From positions 416,001-480,000 of the forward strand of contig JBPOFY010000002.1 in NCBI GenBank assembly GCA_051252375.1: a stretch of 64,000 bases of DNA. Reading direction: 5' to 3'. Below are positions 42,128 to 56,258 of the stretch, in pieces. Source of the DNA: Opitutaceae bacterium. GTDB lineage: Bacteria > Verrucomicrobiota > Verrucomicrobiia > Opitutales > Coraliomargaritaceae. Each line of letters starts with the position of its first letter. Within the stretch, counting starts at the first letter, position 1. A program made the translations under genes and the position numbers. The notes below the pieces were generated by a model that was given only the letters and a program-made list of their open reading frames with translations, ran no database searches and was not told where the DNA came from.

Positions 42128-42670
42128 ATGTATCCAAGCACATCTACTAGACAACGAAACACACTACTTATCATCCTGTGGGGACTACTTTTCACAAAGT
42201 GCTTTGTCGTCGAATTCCTCGTGCACTACTACGCCGTCCCCATCAATTCGATGCTCTATGTTTGGTCCCTCTCCATCTTCATGGCGACGGTAGCGACGAT
42301 TGTGTATGTAAGACTTCGCATCGAAGAAGGTGGACTCAAAAAAAACTTCCCCCCTCACCTTGCCATCTGGGTGGCTTCATTGATCGGCATGCTCCTAATG
42401 GTCGCCGGCAGTTTCACATTTCCAAATTTCAGCATCATGCAAATTCCCTCGTTCCTTGCAGTGCTACTCGGATTGAGTTATTGCGCACAAGGGCTGATGA
42501 CTAAACGTCTAACCGACATCTTCAGTGCCTTCGGTTGGTGGCTCGGCGCCTCCATGTTGTTTCGACAAGTCGACCTGTATGGCCTACTCACCTTCGCATT
42601 CTGTATTATTCTATTTACGGTGTTACCGGCATTATTGAACCTGATCGCACTGAGAAAAGCTCAAGCATAA
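42128..42670 (+). CDS. Hypothetical multi-pass membrane protein
   Basis: 180 aa, about 6 TM. Confidence 0.7.
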   Translation: MYPSTSTRQRNTLLIILWGLLFTKCFVVEFLVHYYAVPINSMLYVWSLSIFMATVATIVYVRLRIEEGGLKKNFPPHLAIWVASLIGMLLMVAGSFTFPNFSIMQIPSFLAVLLGLSYCAQGLMTKRLTDIFSAFGWWLGASMLFRQVDLYGLLTFAFCIILFTVLPALLNLIALRKAQA

Positions 42671-42747
42671 GCGGACATCCCGCCAATTCTTAGCCGAAAT
42701 AGAAAAGTAGCTGGACGGCATCCCTCGCATGATCAAGCTGTCGGCAT

Positions 42748-43641
42748 ATGTCTACGGGTTTAGATGCGGTTTACGATGAGCTTAAGCGCCTACAAAAGGA
42801 AGGGCTCGATCGCGTCTACATAAACGATTCGACCGCTTCGCTACTCAAACCCGTCGAACCTAAGGTCATACCAGTCAAACAGATCAGTGCGCAGGACACT
42901 GCAGCCTTGGCAGATCTGATTGATAAGCCGACTCCACGCGCCGAAGCAGCCAAACCGACAATCAGCGTGGTCGAGATCGACCCCTTGCCGGAGGCCCCGA
43001 CGATTCAGTTGCCGGACGACGCCCCCATCGCACAATTGAAATGGCTTGAGGATAGCGTCCGGAACTGTGCCACTTGCAACGAACGCAAAAACGAGGACGA
43101 GCAACTCGTCTTCGGCAACGGTGCAATTGATGCCGACATTCTATTCTGCGGTGAGGCTCCCGGCACTGACGAAGCCATGAGCGGACTCCCATTCGTAGGC
43201 GCTGCCGGACAGTTACTAGACAAAATCATCAAGGCGATGGGCTTGGATCGCGAAAAGGTCTATTGCACCAATATTTTAAAGTGGCGCCCGAAAAACGATA
43301 AGCCCTACGGCAACCGTCCACCCACTCAAGATGAGATGGCGTTCTGCCTGCCCTACCTGCAGGCTCAACTCGACATCATTCAACCGAAGGTAATCGTGGC
43401 ACTGGGCAACAATACAGTGGGCGGTCTACTCGGAGAAGATGCCAAACGAAAATTTGGAAGCCTTCGCGGGCAATGGGACACCTTTCATGGTATCCCACTC
43501 ATGATCACCTTCCACCCTTCCTATCTACAGCGTAACGACACCCTCAAAACCAAGCGCATGGCATGGGAGGATCTCTTAGCAGTGATGGGGAAAGTCGACC
43601 TTCCGATTAGCGAAAAACAACAAGGCTACTTTTTAAAGTAA
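42748..43641 (+). CDS. Uracil-DNA glycosylase family 4
   Basis: CATC, GEAPG, PFVGAAG, TFHPSY. Confidence 0.9.
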   Translation: MSTGLDAVYDELKRLQKEGLDRVYINDSTASLLKPVEPKVIPVKQISAQDTAALADLIDKPTPRAEAAKPTISVVEIDPLPEAPTIQLPDDAPIAQLKWLEDSVRNCATCNERKNEDEQLVFGNGAIDADILFCGEAPGTDEAMSGLPFVGAAGQLLDKIIKAMGLDREKVYCTNILKWRPKNDKPYGNRPPTQDEMAFCLPYLQAQLDIIQPKVIVALGNNTVGGLLGEDAKRKFGSLRGQWDTFHGIPLMITFHPSYLQRNDTLKTKRMAWEDLLAVMGKVDLPISEKQQGYFLK

Positions 43642-43650
43642 GCCTCGGGC

Positions 43651-44073
43651 ATGATGCGAAATAAATTCCTATTCGCCCTATTTTTCACACTAATCACTTC
43701 CACCACTTGGGCATGCAATGATCGTGACGATGATCCTGAATTTGTAAGACTTGAGCGGATCGTGCTTGAAAAAGCAGAAACCCAATCTGAAATGAATCAA
43801 GCATCTGCGGAGCTTGCTCATCACACTGACAAGCAACTTGCACAACTGGAAGCGGCTATCCTGAAAGAGCTTGATCAGCCGAGGCGAGAGGCTTTCCAAA
43901 AATCATGCACGACTTGGCGAGCGTTCAGAAAAACAGTTATTGATTTAGCTGGGATGCAGCACAAAGGAGGTTCTATAGAGCCTTTGGATCGTCATCTATC
44001 CCATGCGTATTGCACAAAAAGACGAATCAAAGAACTCAAAGCTTACAACCAATACAAAAGCGACGAAGGTTGA
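43651..44073 (+). CDS. LprI/DUF1311 family secreted protein
   Basis: Signal peptide, TQSEMNQ, WRAFR, GGSIEP, TKRRIKEL. Confidence 0.75.
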   Translation: MMRNKFLFALFFTLITSTTWACNDRDDDPEFVRLERIVLEKAETQSEMNQASAELAHHTDKQLAQLEAAILKELDQPRREAFQKSCTTWRAFRKTVIDLAGMQHKGGSIEPLDRHLSHAYCTKRRIKELKAYNQYKSDEG

Positions 44074-44141
44074 TGCATCACAAAGCAGGATGGGATAATT
44101 CCGTCCGTGCCTCACTCCCTGCCTACCTTTCACATTCCCAA

Positions 44142-46637
<2,496 letters not shown>

Positions 46638-46660
46638 AAATATATTGGTAGTTTATAGGG

Positions 46661-47749
46661 CTAGTCGCTTTCACCCACCTTGTCAAAAGACAGAGGCGGA
46701 AGATTGGAAAATTCTTTGCGTAGTTTGTCTGCGCGGGCCAAATCGCGTGTCTCAGGATCAATGTCCACATTCGCTGCGTATTGGATATGACCGGGCTGAC
46801 ATTCAATGAAGAGCCGGTCCACATCGGAACGGTTCGATTCGGGCAACATTTTAAAATCCACAGCAAGACGCATCAGTGACAGCAAGTTCATTGCCTCATT
46901 CGACGAAATCACATGAACATTCTGCAAAACACCAAATGCACGCCCGATTTTGTCCAACATCTGCGCACGGTTGCTTTCCAAATACTTAAAGCGCGCATTC
47001 AGTTCATGATCGATGATCGTCTTTAGCACGTTGCCCAAACGATTCATAATCTCCCCTTCTGATTCACCAAGTGTCTGTTGATTCGAAATCTGAAAGACAT
47101 GCCCAGTCGCATCCGATCCTTCACCAAATAGACCACGCACCGTGATGCCCAATTGATTGACTGCACGAATCACGCGCTCCATGTGCTCAGCGATCACCAG
47201 TCCAGGCAGATGCATCATAACCGAAGCTCGTAGCCCAGTCCCTAGATTGGTGGGGCATGCGGTTAAAAAGCCAAATTCCGGCGAAAATGCCACGTCCAAG
47301 GTTTTTTCCAAATCACTGTCAAAATGATCAATCTGCTTCCAAATTGAATTCAAATTAAAGCCCGTCTTCAGAAATTGAATACGAAGATGGTCTTCCTCGT
47401 TAATCATCACAGAGCAAGTCTGCTCCTTATTGATAAAGACTCCTGAGCCCTGCTCGCTCTCGCAAAGTTCGCGACTGATCAAATGACGCTCCACCAAAAC
47501 TTGCTTTTCTAGGTCAGAAAGTTCGGAAACCTCAAAAAAAGCACCGTTTTTCATATGCTTCAGTTCACAAATTTGATCGACGCACCTAGACATGATGTCA
47601 CTGCGCTGTGCCGATGTGGCACGCTCCGGGAAAGGTGTGTCCGCAAGGTTTCGAGCCAATCGCACGCGAGTGCTCAAGACGACGGGAGCCCCTTTCTTGG
47701 TGTTTTGGGTGAGTTCCGCGCTGTCACTCTTAATGATGGATTCGATCAT
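46661..47749 (-). CDS. mcsB: Protein arginine kinase McsB
   Basis: STRVRLARN, INEEDHLR, TACPTNLGTGLRAS, QISNQQTLG. Confidence 0.95.
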   Translation of the reverse strand: MIESIIKSDSAELTQNTKKGAPVVLSTRVRLARNLADTPFPERATSAQRSDIMSRCVDQICELKHMKNGAFFEVSELSDLEKQVLVERHLISRELCESEQGSGVFINKEQTCSVMINEEDHLRIQFLKTGFNLNSIWKQIDHFDSDLEKTLDVAFSPEFGFLTACPTNLGTGLRASVMMHLPGLVIAEHMERVIRAVNQLGITVRGLFGEGSDATGHVFQISNQQTLGESEGEIMNRLGNVLKTIIDHELNARFKYLESNRAQMLDKIGRAFGVLQNVHVISSNEAMNLLSLMRLAVDFKMLPESNRSDVDRLFIECQPGHIQYAANVDIDPETRDLARADKLRKEFSNLPPLSFDKVGESD

Positions 47750-48258
47750 GCTTGGGACACCTCCAGCTCAGCAACAGCTTGCTCCATCTCTTTAATTTGA
47801 TCCCGATACATGGCGGCATCTTCGTAGGCTTCTGCTGCAATAGCACGGGCCAATGCATCTTTTAAACCCTGCAACTGCGCTTGGCTATTCTGCCGCGTCA
47901 AAGCCATCTCAGGCACCTTACCTTGGTGCGAAGTGCCCACGTGCATATCTTCCAATACAGGACGAATGACGTCTGCAAAGACCTCAAAACAAGCGGCACA
48001 GCCGAGACGTCCCGTCCGGCGGAAGTCCGCCGTTTGCATACCACAATTCGGACAGCTCAACTGTGTTTCATTGCCCTCGGGCGTGAAAGTCGTCTTCGAC
48101 AACAAATCAGCGAGTGAAAATCCTTGAGGATCGGTCACTCCCTTCTTTTGCGCACACGATTCGCAAAGATCCACCTTATGAATCTTGTTATTAACGATTT
48201 GTGTAAGGTGGACAGTCGCTTCCTTGTTACAATTACTGCACTTCAGATGATCAGCCAT
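47746..48258 (-). CDS. mcsA: McsA (arginine kinase activator)
   Basis: Four CxxC motifs plus a C-terminal UVR domain (EAYEDAAMYRD). Confidence 0.93.
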   Translation of the reverse strand: MADHLKCSNCNKEATVHLTQIVNNKIHKVDLCESCAQKKGVTDPQGFSLADLLSKTTFTPEGNETQLSCPNCGMQTADFRRTGRLGCAACFEVFADVIRPVLEDMHVGTSHQGKVPEMALTRQNSQAQLQGLKDALARAIAAEAYEDAAMYRDQIKEMEQAVAELEVSQA

Positions 48259-48415
48259 GGTTTAATAATATGAATGCACGGATAGATCGCAAAGCAAAAG
48301 CATAAATTGCTCACACTCGACGACAAATCAACGCGCGGTTAACGTCTTTTTGACACTTCTTCGCAGATAATGTGCCAATTCCGGCAGAGGCTGCCAGTCT
48401 GTGGACCACTCCAAG

Positions 48416-49282
48416 TTATAGCATGGTGCCCTCGCTGACGACGCGACGACGGAAACTCTCGAGGAATTTAGCTGTAATCGGTCCCGGTTTTCCGTCGCCA
48501 ATCGGGCGTGCGTCGACCTCCACAATGGGCACAATCTCAGCAGCCGTCCCGGTAAGGAAAAGCTCATCTGCGACCCAGACGTCGTAACGAGTCATATTCG
48601 CCTCGCGCCATGGAATGCCGAGTTCATCGGCAATAGCCAAAGCCGTATCGCGGGTAATGCCCTTCAAGGCACCCGCACTGGCAGATGGAGTGATCAACTC
48701 ACCCTTATGAATGATAAATATATTGTCGCCCGTGCACTCGGCCACGTAGCCCTGATCATTCAACATGATCGCCTCATGATAGCCCAAATGCTGAGCCTCA
48801 ATCTTCGCGAGGATGTTGTTCAAATAATTCAACGATTTCACCGTTGGTGGTAACGCCGCTGGATTACAGCGACGCGTGGGCACCGTGATGATCTTCAAGC
48901 CATTCTCGTAGAATTCCTGTGGGTAGAGTTGGATCGTATCCGCGATGATGATCAACTGCGGGGTATCACAATTCTTGATCGAAAGCCCAAGACTACCGAC
49001 GCCACGTGTAATGACCAAGCGGATATAACCGTTCTCCAAACCATTCGCACGGCATGTTTCACAAACCGCGTCGGAAATCTCCTGACGCGACCATGGCATT
49101 TTCAGCATGATCGCCTTGGCAGAATACTCCAAACGCTCCAAGTGCTCATCGAGTTTAAAGACACAACCGTTGTAGAGACGAATCCCCTCAAAGATACCGT
49201 CACCATACAATAAACCATGATCGAAAACCGAGACCTTCGCCTCGCTCTGATCGACCAAACCATCATTCATGTAAATTTTCAT
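48416..49282 (-). CDS. ilvE: Branched-chain amino acid aminotransferase
   Basis: DHGLLYGDGIFEGIR, KSLNYLNN, LKGITR, TGTAAE. Confidence 0.95.
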   Translation of the reverse strand: MKIYMNDGLVDQSEAKVSVFDHGLLYGDGIFEGIRLYNGCVFKLDEHLERLEYSAKAIMLKMPWSRQEISDAVCETCRANGLENGYIRLVITRGVGSLGLSIKNCDTPQLIIIADTIQLYPQEFYENGLKIITVPTRRCNPAALPPTVKSLNYLNNILAKIEAQHLGYHEAIMLNDQGYVAECTGDNIFIIHKGELITPSASAGALKGITRDTALAIADELGIPWREANMTRYDVWVADELFLTGTAAEIVPIVEVDARPIGDGKPGPITAKFLESFRRRVVSEGTML

Positions 49283-49385
49283 AAAGTGCGTGGATGATGA
49301 AGGCTCTTTTCGTTTTGTCTAGTCTTCATAGCCAAGGATTTTCCCTAAAATGTGACGACCGCAAAGGCCGAGAAGGTTGAAGCAT

Positions 49386-51350
49386 TTAGCTTTTTAAAAA
49401 CTGCACCTGCAATTCTTCGACAACACCAGGATCGGCCAAGGTAGTGGTATTGCCCAACTCCTTGCCTTCCGCGATGTCACGAAGGATACGGCGCATGATT
49501 TTACCGGACCGAGTCTTCGGCAAGTCTGAGGAAAAGAGGATGCGTTCAGGACGAGCAAACTTACCAATGCTCTTATCGATCATCGCCACCAACTCTTTGC
49601 GAAGATGGTCATCATGGTCGCGCCCCTCAATCACAGTGACAAAGGCGATCAAGCCCTGCCCCTTAATCTCGTGCGGCACACCGACCACGGCGGACTCTGC
49701 AACGTCCTTATGCTCCACAAAAACACTTTCAAGCTCTGCCGTGCCAATGCGGTGACCGGAAACATTCACCACGTCATCCACGCGACCTAAGATCCAGATG
49801 TAGTCGTGTTCATCACGACGCGCGCCATCCCCGGGGAAGTAGTATTTACCACCCCACTTACACCAATAGGTATCCTTAAATCGCTGCGGGTCTCCATAGA
49901 TACCACGAAGCATACCGGGCCATGGTTTCTTGATCGCTAGAATGCCGGCTTCGACTTCCTCGCCATCATCCGTCAAAATCGCTGGCTCGACACCAAAGAA
50001 TGGCACGGACGCACACCCGGGCTTCGTCGGTGTTGCGCCGGGCATCGGCGTGAGCATGTGCCCTCCAGTCTCGGTCTGCCACCAGGTATCCACAATCGGG
50101 CAACGTTCCGCACCGATCATTTTGTGATACCAGATCCAAGCTTCCGGATTGATCGGCTCACCCACCGTGCCAAGGAGACGAAGCGAGGAAAGATCACGTC
50201 CAGTCACCCACTTGTCACCCCACTTCATGAATGCGCGAATTGCAGTCGGTGCGGTATAAAAAATCGAAACTTTGTATTTCTCAATGATCTCCCAGAAACG
50301 CCCCTCGTCTGGATGGTTCGGTGCGCCTTCATACATCACCTGCGTGACACCATTTTGCAAAATACCATACACAATATAAGTGTGGCCGGTGATCCAACCC
50401 ACGTCAGCCGTGCACCAGTAAACATCGTCTGGTTTCAAATCGAAAACATACTTCGAAGTCAGATAACTGAAAACTTGGTAACCAGCCGTGGTGTGCATAA
50501 TGCCCTTCGGCTTGCCAGTCGTGCCACTTGTGTAGAGCAAGAAGAGCAAATCTTCGGCCTCCATTTCCTCGGCAGGGCAATCATCGCTGACATCAGCCAC
50601 GAGCTCATGATACCACGAATCACGACCGTCCTGCATCGGACAATCCACAGGGTGGTCATCTCCGCGCTTTACGACGATCACGTCTTTCACGCAAGCACAA
50701 CTAGCCACGCCTTCGTCGACGATCTTCTTCAACTCTAGCATCTTACCTCGGCGATAACCACCGTCACCGGTGATCACCATGCAGGTCTCACTATCGAGCA
50801 CACGGTCACGGATCGAATCAGCCGAAAAACCAGCAAAAATCACCGAATGCACCGCCCCGATTCTCGCACATGCAAGCACCGCAACGGCGAGTTCCGGAAT
50901 CATGGGCAGATAAATCGCCACGCGGTCACCTTTTTGCAAACCACGCGCCTTCAAAGCATTCGCAAACCGACAGACTTCAAGATGCAGCTGTTTGTAAGTC
51001 AGATCGCGGGTATCACCGGGCTCACCTTCCCAATGGATGGCTACTTTATCACCAAGGCCTGCCTCGATATTTCGATCCAAGCAATTGTAGGACAAATTCG
51101 TGCGACTGCCATCATACCATTTATAAAATGGCGCATTCGAAGCATCCAATACCGAATCCCACGGCTTGAACCAATGCAGGTCCTGAGCGGCCTCAGCCCA
51201 AAAACCCTCTGGGTCTTCTAAACTCTTAGCATACATCGCCTTATAGGCATCCATACCCGAGATGTGGGCGTTTTCGACAAATTCTGAGGTTGGCGGGAAA
51301 AGGCGATTTTCGTGAGAAACCGACTCCATTGAAGAGGATTCGTTGGACAT
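49386..51350 (-). CDS. acs: Acetyl-CoA synthetase
   Basis: YTSGTTGKPKG, DTWWQTETG, PKTRSGKIMRR. Confidence 0.96.
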   Translation of the reverse strand: MSNESSSMESVSHENRLFPPTSEFVENAHISGMDAYKAMYAKSLEDPEGFWAEAAQDLHWFKPWDSVLDASNAPFYKWYDGSRTNLSYNCLDRNIEAGLGDKVAIHWEGEPGDTRDLTYKQLHLEVCRFANALKARGLQKGDRVAIYLPMIPELAVAVLACARIGAVHSVIFAGFSADSIRDRVLDSETCMVITGDGGYRRGKMLELKKIVDEGVASCACVKDVIVVKRGDDHPVDCPMQDGRDSWYHELVADVSDDCPAEEMEAEDLLFLLYTSGTTGKPKGIMHTTAGYQVFSYLTSKYVFDLKPDDVYWCTADVGWITGHTYIVYGILQNGVTQVMYEGAPNHPDEGRFWEIIEKYKVSIFYTAPTAIRAFMKWGDKWVTGRDLSSLRLLGTVGEPINPEAWIWYHKMIGAERCPIVDTWWQTETGGHMLTPMPGATPTKPGCASVPFFGVEPAILTDDGEEVEAGILAIKKPWPGMLRGIYGDPQRFKDTYWCKWGGKYYFPGDGARRDEHDYIWILGRVDDVVNVSGHRIGTAELESVFVEHKDVAESAVVGVPHEIKGQGLIAFVTVIEGRDHDDHLRKELVAMIDKSIGKFARPERILFSSDLPKTRSGKIMRRILRDIAEGKELGNTTTLADPGVVEELQVQFLKS

Positions 51351-51562
51351 AATTTCAGATAATAATACAGAGATTAATAGTAGCTAACAGCGCGCCTAAT
51401 AGACAAAATAGCCAATCCACAGGGCTGAACAGGTCAATGCCATACACTCAAGAAAAGCAAAATTCAAGCCGTGTTGAAGGTCTAACTCAAAAGCTGTTGA
51501 CAACACGTTCTCAAAAAAGCATCAAAGCCTGTTCTACGCGCCACAAGGGGCGCACATAAATA

Positions 51563-53338
51563 ATGGATAATTTTGCAGACCAATGCCTCGACATGGCCCA
51601 GTCAATTCTGGGACATAATTTAGAATCAATCAGCGAACAGGGAGCAATCACTCCTGTTGCTGGAGAAGACAGCCGCTTTGACGAACCAGGCCACGCCGCA
51701 CTCGCTATGGGCGAGTATTATCGTGCGACCAATGAGACGACTCTCGGCGACTACGACTTGATTGATCTCACCGCTCGTTGCGTCACTGCACAAGCGTTCG
51801 CGACAGAAGAACATGAAAATGGTCTCGCATACGCTGCACTCGGACTGCTGTCCTTTGGTCCTGCCAAAGACCGCAACCAAGTTTGGGAACGCCTCATGGA
51901 CCCCACACGCGAGCAACTCGACAAGCTCCTGCTTGAGCGTAGCGACTACGACAACCACTATCAAAGTTTCAACATCGCTAAGGCGGTCACTCGCTTCAGC
52001 CTCGGTCTTTCCAAGAAAGACGAAACCGGTCGCTTGATCGACCGCTTCCTTGAACGCATCGAATCCAGCTCATCTACTGGCTACTTCGACGATTCTTCAA
52101 ACGGCGAAGGCAAACTCAACGGAGCTTTCGACATCTACGGTGTTCACAGTTTCGTATTCATCCGTCAAGCGCTGCAACTTCACGCGAATCTGCACTTACG
52201 TGAGCGTAAGCTTCCAAGCCTTCGCACTTATTCGGAAAAATATCTCAAACTCATCCCTGACATCGCCCGTCAAGACGGCGCAGGATGGGCCTATGGTCGT
52301 TCACTCGGCGCCTATGGTCAGATGCACTGCATCAGCCTCACACTGCAAGCCCTCCGTGATGGTTGGGTGGCTCCGGCTCAACGCGATCTCTACACAGATG
52401 CAGTTCGTCGTTTGTTCATGAACTTCTTCGTGACTTACCTCGATCAAGAGCATGGCTACCTCGTCATTCGTGATAATGAGCGCAATACTGTGCCTTACCA
52501 CACGACTCGCATGGCCAACTTTGACGCCGCACGCTACCTCTGCCAATGGGCACGTCTCGCTCGCGCGACCGGTGGCAATGCAGCACCTGCCGCTCCCGTT
52601 CCACCACGCAAAGTGGCACGTTATGTCAGCTTCGACAAGAGCAGCAAAAAGGAGCAAGGTCTCTTCGTTTACCAAGATCCTTCTTCTGGTCTCGCAATTC
52701 AATTGCCGCTTATCGCATCCAGCCAAGCAGGCAAAGGCACTTCCGACTACTTGGCATTCCCACACTCACCGGGTGTGTTTGACTGGCCGGTCGACAAATA
52801 TGTGCCGATTATGATGCCCGAACTCACCTTCGGCGATAAAGTCATCGTCCCCTCTTTCTACGGAAAGAACTGCACCACCAGTATGGGACTGCGCAACGCA
52901 CTGAATTTCAAATACGATCAACCCGAGCTCATTACCAAAGACGAAGAACTCGTCCCCGGTCTCGGCAGTTGCAAAGTAACTTGGTCCTTCCAAGGCGGTA
53001 AGATCGGCTGTGAGTTCTGTTTCACCGTGAAACAACAAGTGCAACTCGACAAGATGCGCTACGTCCTAGCCATTGCAGCACCACACAGCCAATATCGCGT
53101 CGCGACAGCCTTCACGCTTGGTGAAGAGGGACACCGCACCGAAGTCATCAAAGATGATTTCCACGCTGAATGGAAAGAGCTTGAAGTCGTGACCGACAAT
53201 CCGGATTACCGCACTTACTACGGCAACATGCACTACTTGCAAATCCTCGAGCGCGATCACCCATTGATCATGCGCCCGGGCACACAGTATCGCCTAGCCC
53301 TGTCCTTCGAGCCAGACATCACTTTCGCAGACGAGTAA
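51563..53338 (+). CDS. Hypothetical protein, 591 aa (helical N-terminal half, beta-rich C-terminal half)
   Basis: Long ORF with host-like codon usage; no motif recognised. Confidence 0.8.
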   Translation: MDNFADQCLDMAQSILGHNLESISEQGAITPVAGEDSRFDEPGHAALAMGEYYRATNETTLGDYDLIDLTARCVTAQAFATEEHENGLAYAALGLLSFGPAKDRNQVWERLMDPTREQLDKLLLERSDYDNHYQSFNIAKAVTRFSLGLSKKDETGRLIDRFLERIESSSSTGYFDDSSNGEGKLNGAFDIYGVHSFVFIRQALQLHANLHLRERKLPSLRTYSEKYLKLIPDIARQDGAGWAYGRSLGAYGQMHCISLTLQALRDGWVAPAQRDLYTDAVRRLFMNFFVTYLDQEHGYLVIRDNERNTVPYHTTRMANFDAARYLCQWARLARATGGNAAPAAPVPPRKVARYVSFDKSSKKEQGLFVYQDPSSGLAIQLPLIASSQAGKGTSDYLAFPHSPGVFDWPVDKYVPIMMPELTFGDKVIVPSFYGKNCTTSMGLRNALNFKYDQPELITKDEELVPGLGSCKVTWSFQGGKIGCEFCFTVKQQVQLDKMRYVLAIAAPHSQYRVATAFTLGEEGHRTEVIKDDFHAEWKELEVVTDNPDYRTYYGNMHYLQILERDHPLIMRPGTQYRLALSFEPDITFADE

Positions 53339-53413
53339 TTGAAGTTGATTGTTGTTGGTTGAAAATTGCTAGATATTCGCAGTCTAACAAACCACAACAA
53401 ACAACCCGCAACC

Positions 53414-54178
53414 ATGTTATCGATTCGCATAATTCCTTGCCTCGATGTCCACGAAGGCCGCGTGGTTAAAGGCGTCAACTTCGTCAACTTGATCGATGCG
53501 GGTGATCCCGTCGAACAAGCCAAAGCTTACGAACTACAAGGTGCCGACGAACTCGTCTTCCTCGACATCACCGCGTCAAGCGACGAGCGCAACACCATGA
53601 TTGATGTCGTGCGACGCACCGCCTCCGAGTGCTTCATGCCACTCACTGTTGGCGGCGGACTGCGCAACGTCGAAAACATCCGCGACATGCTCAATGCAGG
53701 CGCAGATAAAATCAGCCTCAACACTGCCGCGATTCTCAATCCTGAACTGGTGCGCGAAGCCGCCTTAAAATTTGGCAATCAATGCATCGTCGTCGCGATC
53801 GACGCCAAGCGCGTGCCCGATCAACCCGGCAAATGGCAGGTCTACACACACGGCGGCCGCAACAATACCGGTCTCGATGCCATCGAATGGGCAAAGAAAG
53901 TCGTCTCCCTCGGTGCAGGCGAAATCCTGCTCACTAGTATGGATTCCGACGGCACCAAAGCTGGCTTTGATAACGAGCTCAATCGTGCTGTCAGTGAAGC
54001 CGTCGAAGTGCCCGTCATCGCTTCCGGTGGTGCTGGCACACTTGATCACCTCGCCGACGCCATCACCGAAGGTAAAACCAGCGCCGTTCTCGCCGCTTCA
54101 ATTTTCCACTTTGGCACCTTTACCATCAAGCAAGCCAAAGAGCACCTCCAGTCACGCGGCTTGCCGGTCCGACTCTAG
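53414..54178 (+). CDS. hisF: Imidazole glycerol phosphate synthase cyclase subunit
   Basis: [33 protein letters not shown]. Confidence 0.97.
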   Translation: MLSIRIIPCLDVHEGRVVKGVNFVNLIDAGDPVEQAKAYELQGADELVFLDITASSDERNTMIDVVRRTASECFMPLTVGGGLRNVENIRDMLNAGADKISLNTAAILNPELVREAALKFGNQCIVVAIDAKRVPDQPGKWQVYTHGGRNNTGLDAIEWAKKVVSLGAGEILLTSMDSDGTKAGFDNELNRAVSEAVEVPVIASGGAGTLDHLADAITEGKTSAVLAASIFHFGTFTIKQAKEHLQSRGLPVRL

Positions 54179-55119
54179 GGTGCACTCGTCGTAGTCGCTT
54201 CAACTTGAGGCTGCACGGCTCGCCAGCGCTCCAAAACTTGATCGACGAAGTCTCGGTCCAATCCCTTCTCGTTCGATATACTGAGCACGAACTCAGTATC
54301 GTCATAGCGAAGCACGGTGAGCATTGTATCCATCCACACAGAATCACTGTATTCAACGGTGATATCCTTGATATCTTCGTAGAAAGCGGACTCCGCCTCG
54401 TAACCTTCCTCAAAATAACTCTCCCAATAGCACCCCACCCGCTTGTCAGTGAAAAAGTTGCCATCTTCCTTGTAAGACAAGATGCCAAGTGAGTAGAGAA
54501 AGATTAATTCCTCATCCTCAGAAAAGACATCCAACTCAGTCATAAACTGGCGGTGGCTCTGAGAGATCTTCGACCCCTCGACGACATAAGTCGGTGGCAT
54601 CAAACCGATCGAAGGTAAGAACGTAACCACCAGCAGTGCAACACAAGCGATGGACACGGCAATATGCTTGAGACCAAAGCGGGAATAGTTCGACGAACGT
54701 CGCACCTCTGGATCCGCATTCAAGTCGTTCACCACCGAAACCACGGATAGCAGAGGCACAAAACTAAAAAATGAAATCCACCAATATGGATCAGGTAATT
54801 GAGCGACCAAATTGAGTATGAAATAAGCACCCGCAATTAGCATGATGCGATTCTTCGGCATGTCTGGATCGATCGCCTTCTGCAGACTATAGAGCCAGAA
54901 AGGGGCAAGGAAACCGCGCCAAAAGGGACTAATCTCAGGGCGACCGTTTTGCTGCACAAACTTCCAACACTTATAGCACCAATACAGCTCATATAGCCCG
55001 AAAGTGACGATTGAGAGAAAGATAAATTTCGCGCGTGAAGTCGGGTAGAATAAAACCAGATCGGCTGGAAGGACTTCGGCTTCAGGAAGCGGCGGCGGCG
55101 TTTCGACGATTTCAGACAT
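54175..55119 (-). CDS. Membrane protein (DUF4234-like N-terminus) with C-terminal soluble domain
   Basis: [18 protein letters not shown]. Confidence 0.7.
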   Translation of the reverse strand: MSEIVETPPPLPEAEVLPADLVLFYPTSRAKFIFLSIVTFGLYELYWCYKCWKFVQQNGRPEISPFWRGFLAPFWLYSLQKAIDPDMPKNRIMLIAGAYFILNLVAQLPDPYWWISFFSFVPLLSVVSVVNDLNADPEVRRSSNYSRFGLKHIAVSIACVALLVVTFLPSIGLMPPTYVVEGSKISQSHRQFMTELDVFSEDEELIFLYSLGILSYKEDGNFFTDKRVGCYWESYFEEGYEAESAFYEDIKDITVEYSDSVWMDTMLTVLRYDDTEFVLSISNEKGLDRDFVDQVLERWRAVQPQVEATTTSAP

Positions 55120-55282
55120 ACCGCATAAGATCGCCCAAAAAGCGTTCATGCGAGACTATAAAAGTCAAAGATACCACGAATGGATTTCTACAAACTCAGA
55201 TGATTGAGCTGGTAGCGCAGACGCGTCTCGAATGGCGCTAACTACAGCGTATATACAAACATAGATAAACGAAACTTCATTT

Positions 55283-55362
55283 GGAGGGCAATGCTCCGTC
55301 ATTGCCGCAGAAACGTCTAAATGCATCGAACCATCGGCGGTTGCGACGGAGCGCAACCCTCC
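55283..55362. repeat. GGAG-type REP doublet (REPIN)
   Basis: Reverse complement of 23027-23106. Confidence 0.9.
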
Positions 55363-55475
55363 AAGGTTTTACCGAATTCCTACTTAATGCAGTCGCATTA
55401 CACCGCACCTACGATGTGGTAGCTGAACCCTTTTGAAATAACGTGCGGTGCGAGACGCACCTGCGCTACCAATTA

Positions 55476-56258
55476 TTAGTGCGCTGCTGGTTCGGCGTGC
55501 GCCTCTTCAGCATGTTCACCTTCTGCTGCGAATTCATCATCTTCTTCGACAACCTCTTCAACTTCTGGTTCTGGAATCGGACCGAGGCCTTCTTTCAGCT
55601 CTGCAGCCGTCCAAGTCGTGGAACGACCAGAGTATGTCGCTTTATAATCATCGATCATCTTCTCAGTCACATCGGATGCTTCATTCCCCCACTCTTGGCG
55701 AATGAAAGTGATGACGCCTGCAATATCCTTACTTTTCAGATTCATACCATTCGGTCCGAACGCAGGCATGGCACCATTGTATGTATTTCCTTTTACTTCA
55801 ATAGGACCACCGAGACCGTGGATCAAAATACGTGAAACCACTTCAGGATGACCAGTCACCCATTCAGAACCAGCGATTGGTGGGTAAACACCAGGAACAC
55901 CAGCACCAGTTGCTTGGTGACAGACGGCACACTGCTGACTGAATACTTTCTGACCACGCTCGAAAAGTGGGATTTCCACAGGAGCTGGCTGACCCGCACT
56001 TGGATCGAAATGTGGATCATACGCATCCCAGCGGAAACCACCGGAAAAATGCACGAGGTATACCCCACCCCAGAAACAGAGGGCGGCAAATAGGAACATC
56101 AAAAAGATCGGCACAGGAGAGAAACCTTCGTGTGGCTCTTCCTTTTCACGCATGAGCTGCGCGTGCACATCCTGCATGTGCTCATCTTGCATAGCAGCCT
56201 GTTCGAGCGACGCTTTGTTGCTCGGGTGTGGCCCGGAATTTGTATTCTCTTCGCTCAT
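55476..56258 (-). CDS. Membrane-anchored monoheme cytochrome c
   Basis: [20 protein letters not shown]. Confidence 0.9.
   Translation of the reverse strand: MSEENTNSGPHPSNKASLEQAAMQDEHMQDVHAQLMREKEEPHEGFSPVPIFLMFLFAALCFWGGVYLVHFSGGFRWDAYDPHFDPSAGQPAPVEIPLFERGQKVFSQQCAVCHQATGAGVPGVYPPIAGSEWVTGHPEVVSRILIHGLGGPIEVKGNTYNGAMPAFGPNGMNLKSKDIAGVITFIRQEWGNEASDVTEKMIDDYKATYSGRSTTWTAAELKEGLGPIPEPEVEEVVEEDDEFAAEGEHAEEAHAEPAAH

Noticed and set aside
43651..44128. AT-richer LprI-like gene as another integron cassette
   Set aside because: No GTT core or attC hairpin seen; only a degenerate REP-like end (CCTAC).
55378..55470. Additional hairpins with CTAC/GTAG ends
   Set aside because: Probably decayed REPs, too degenerate to delimit.
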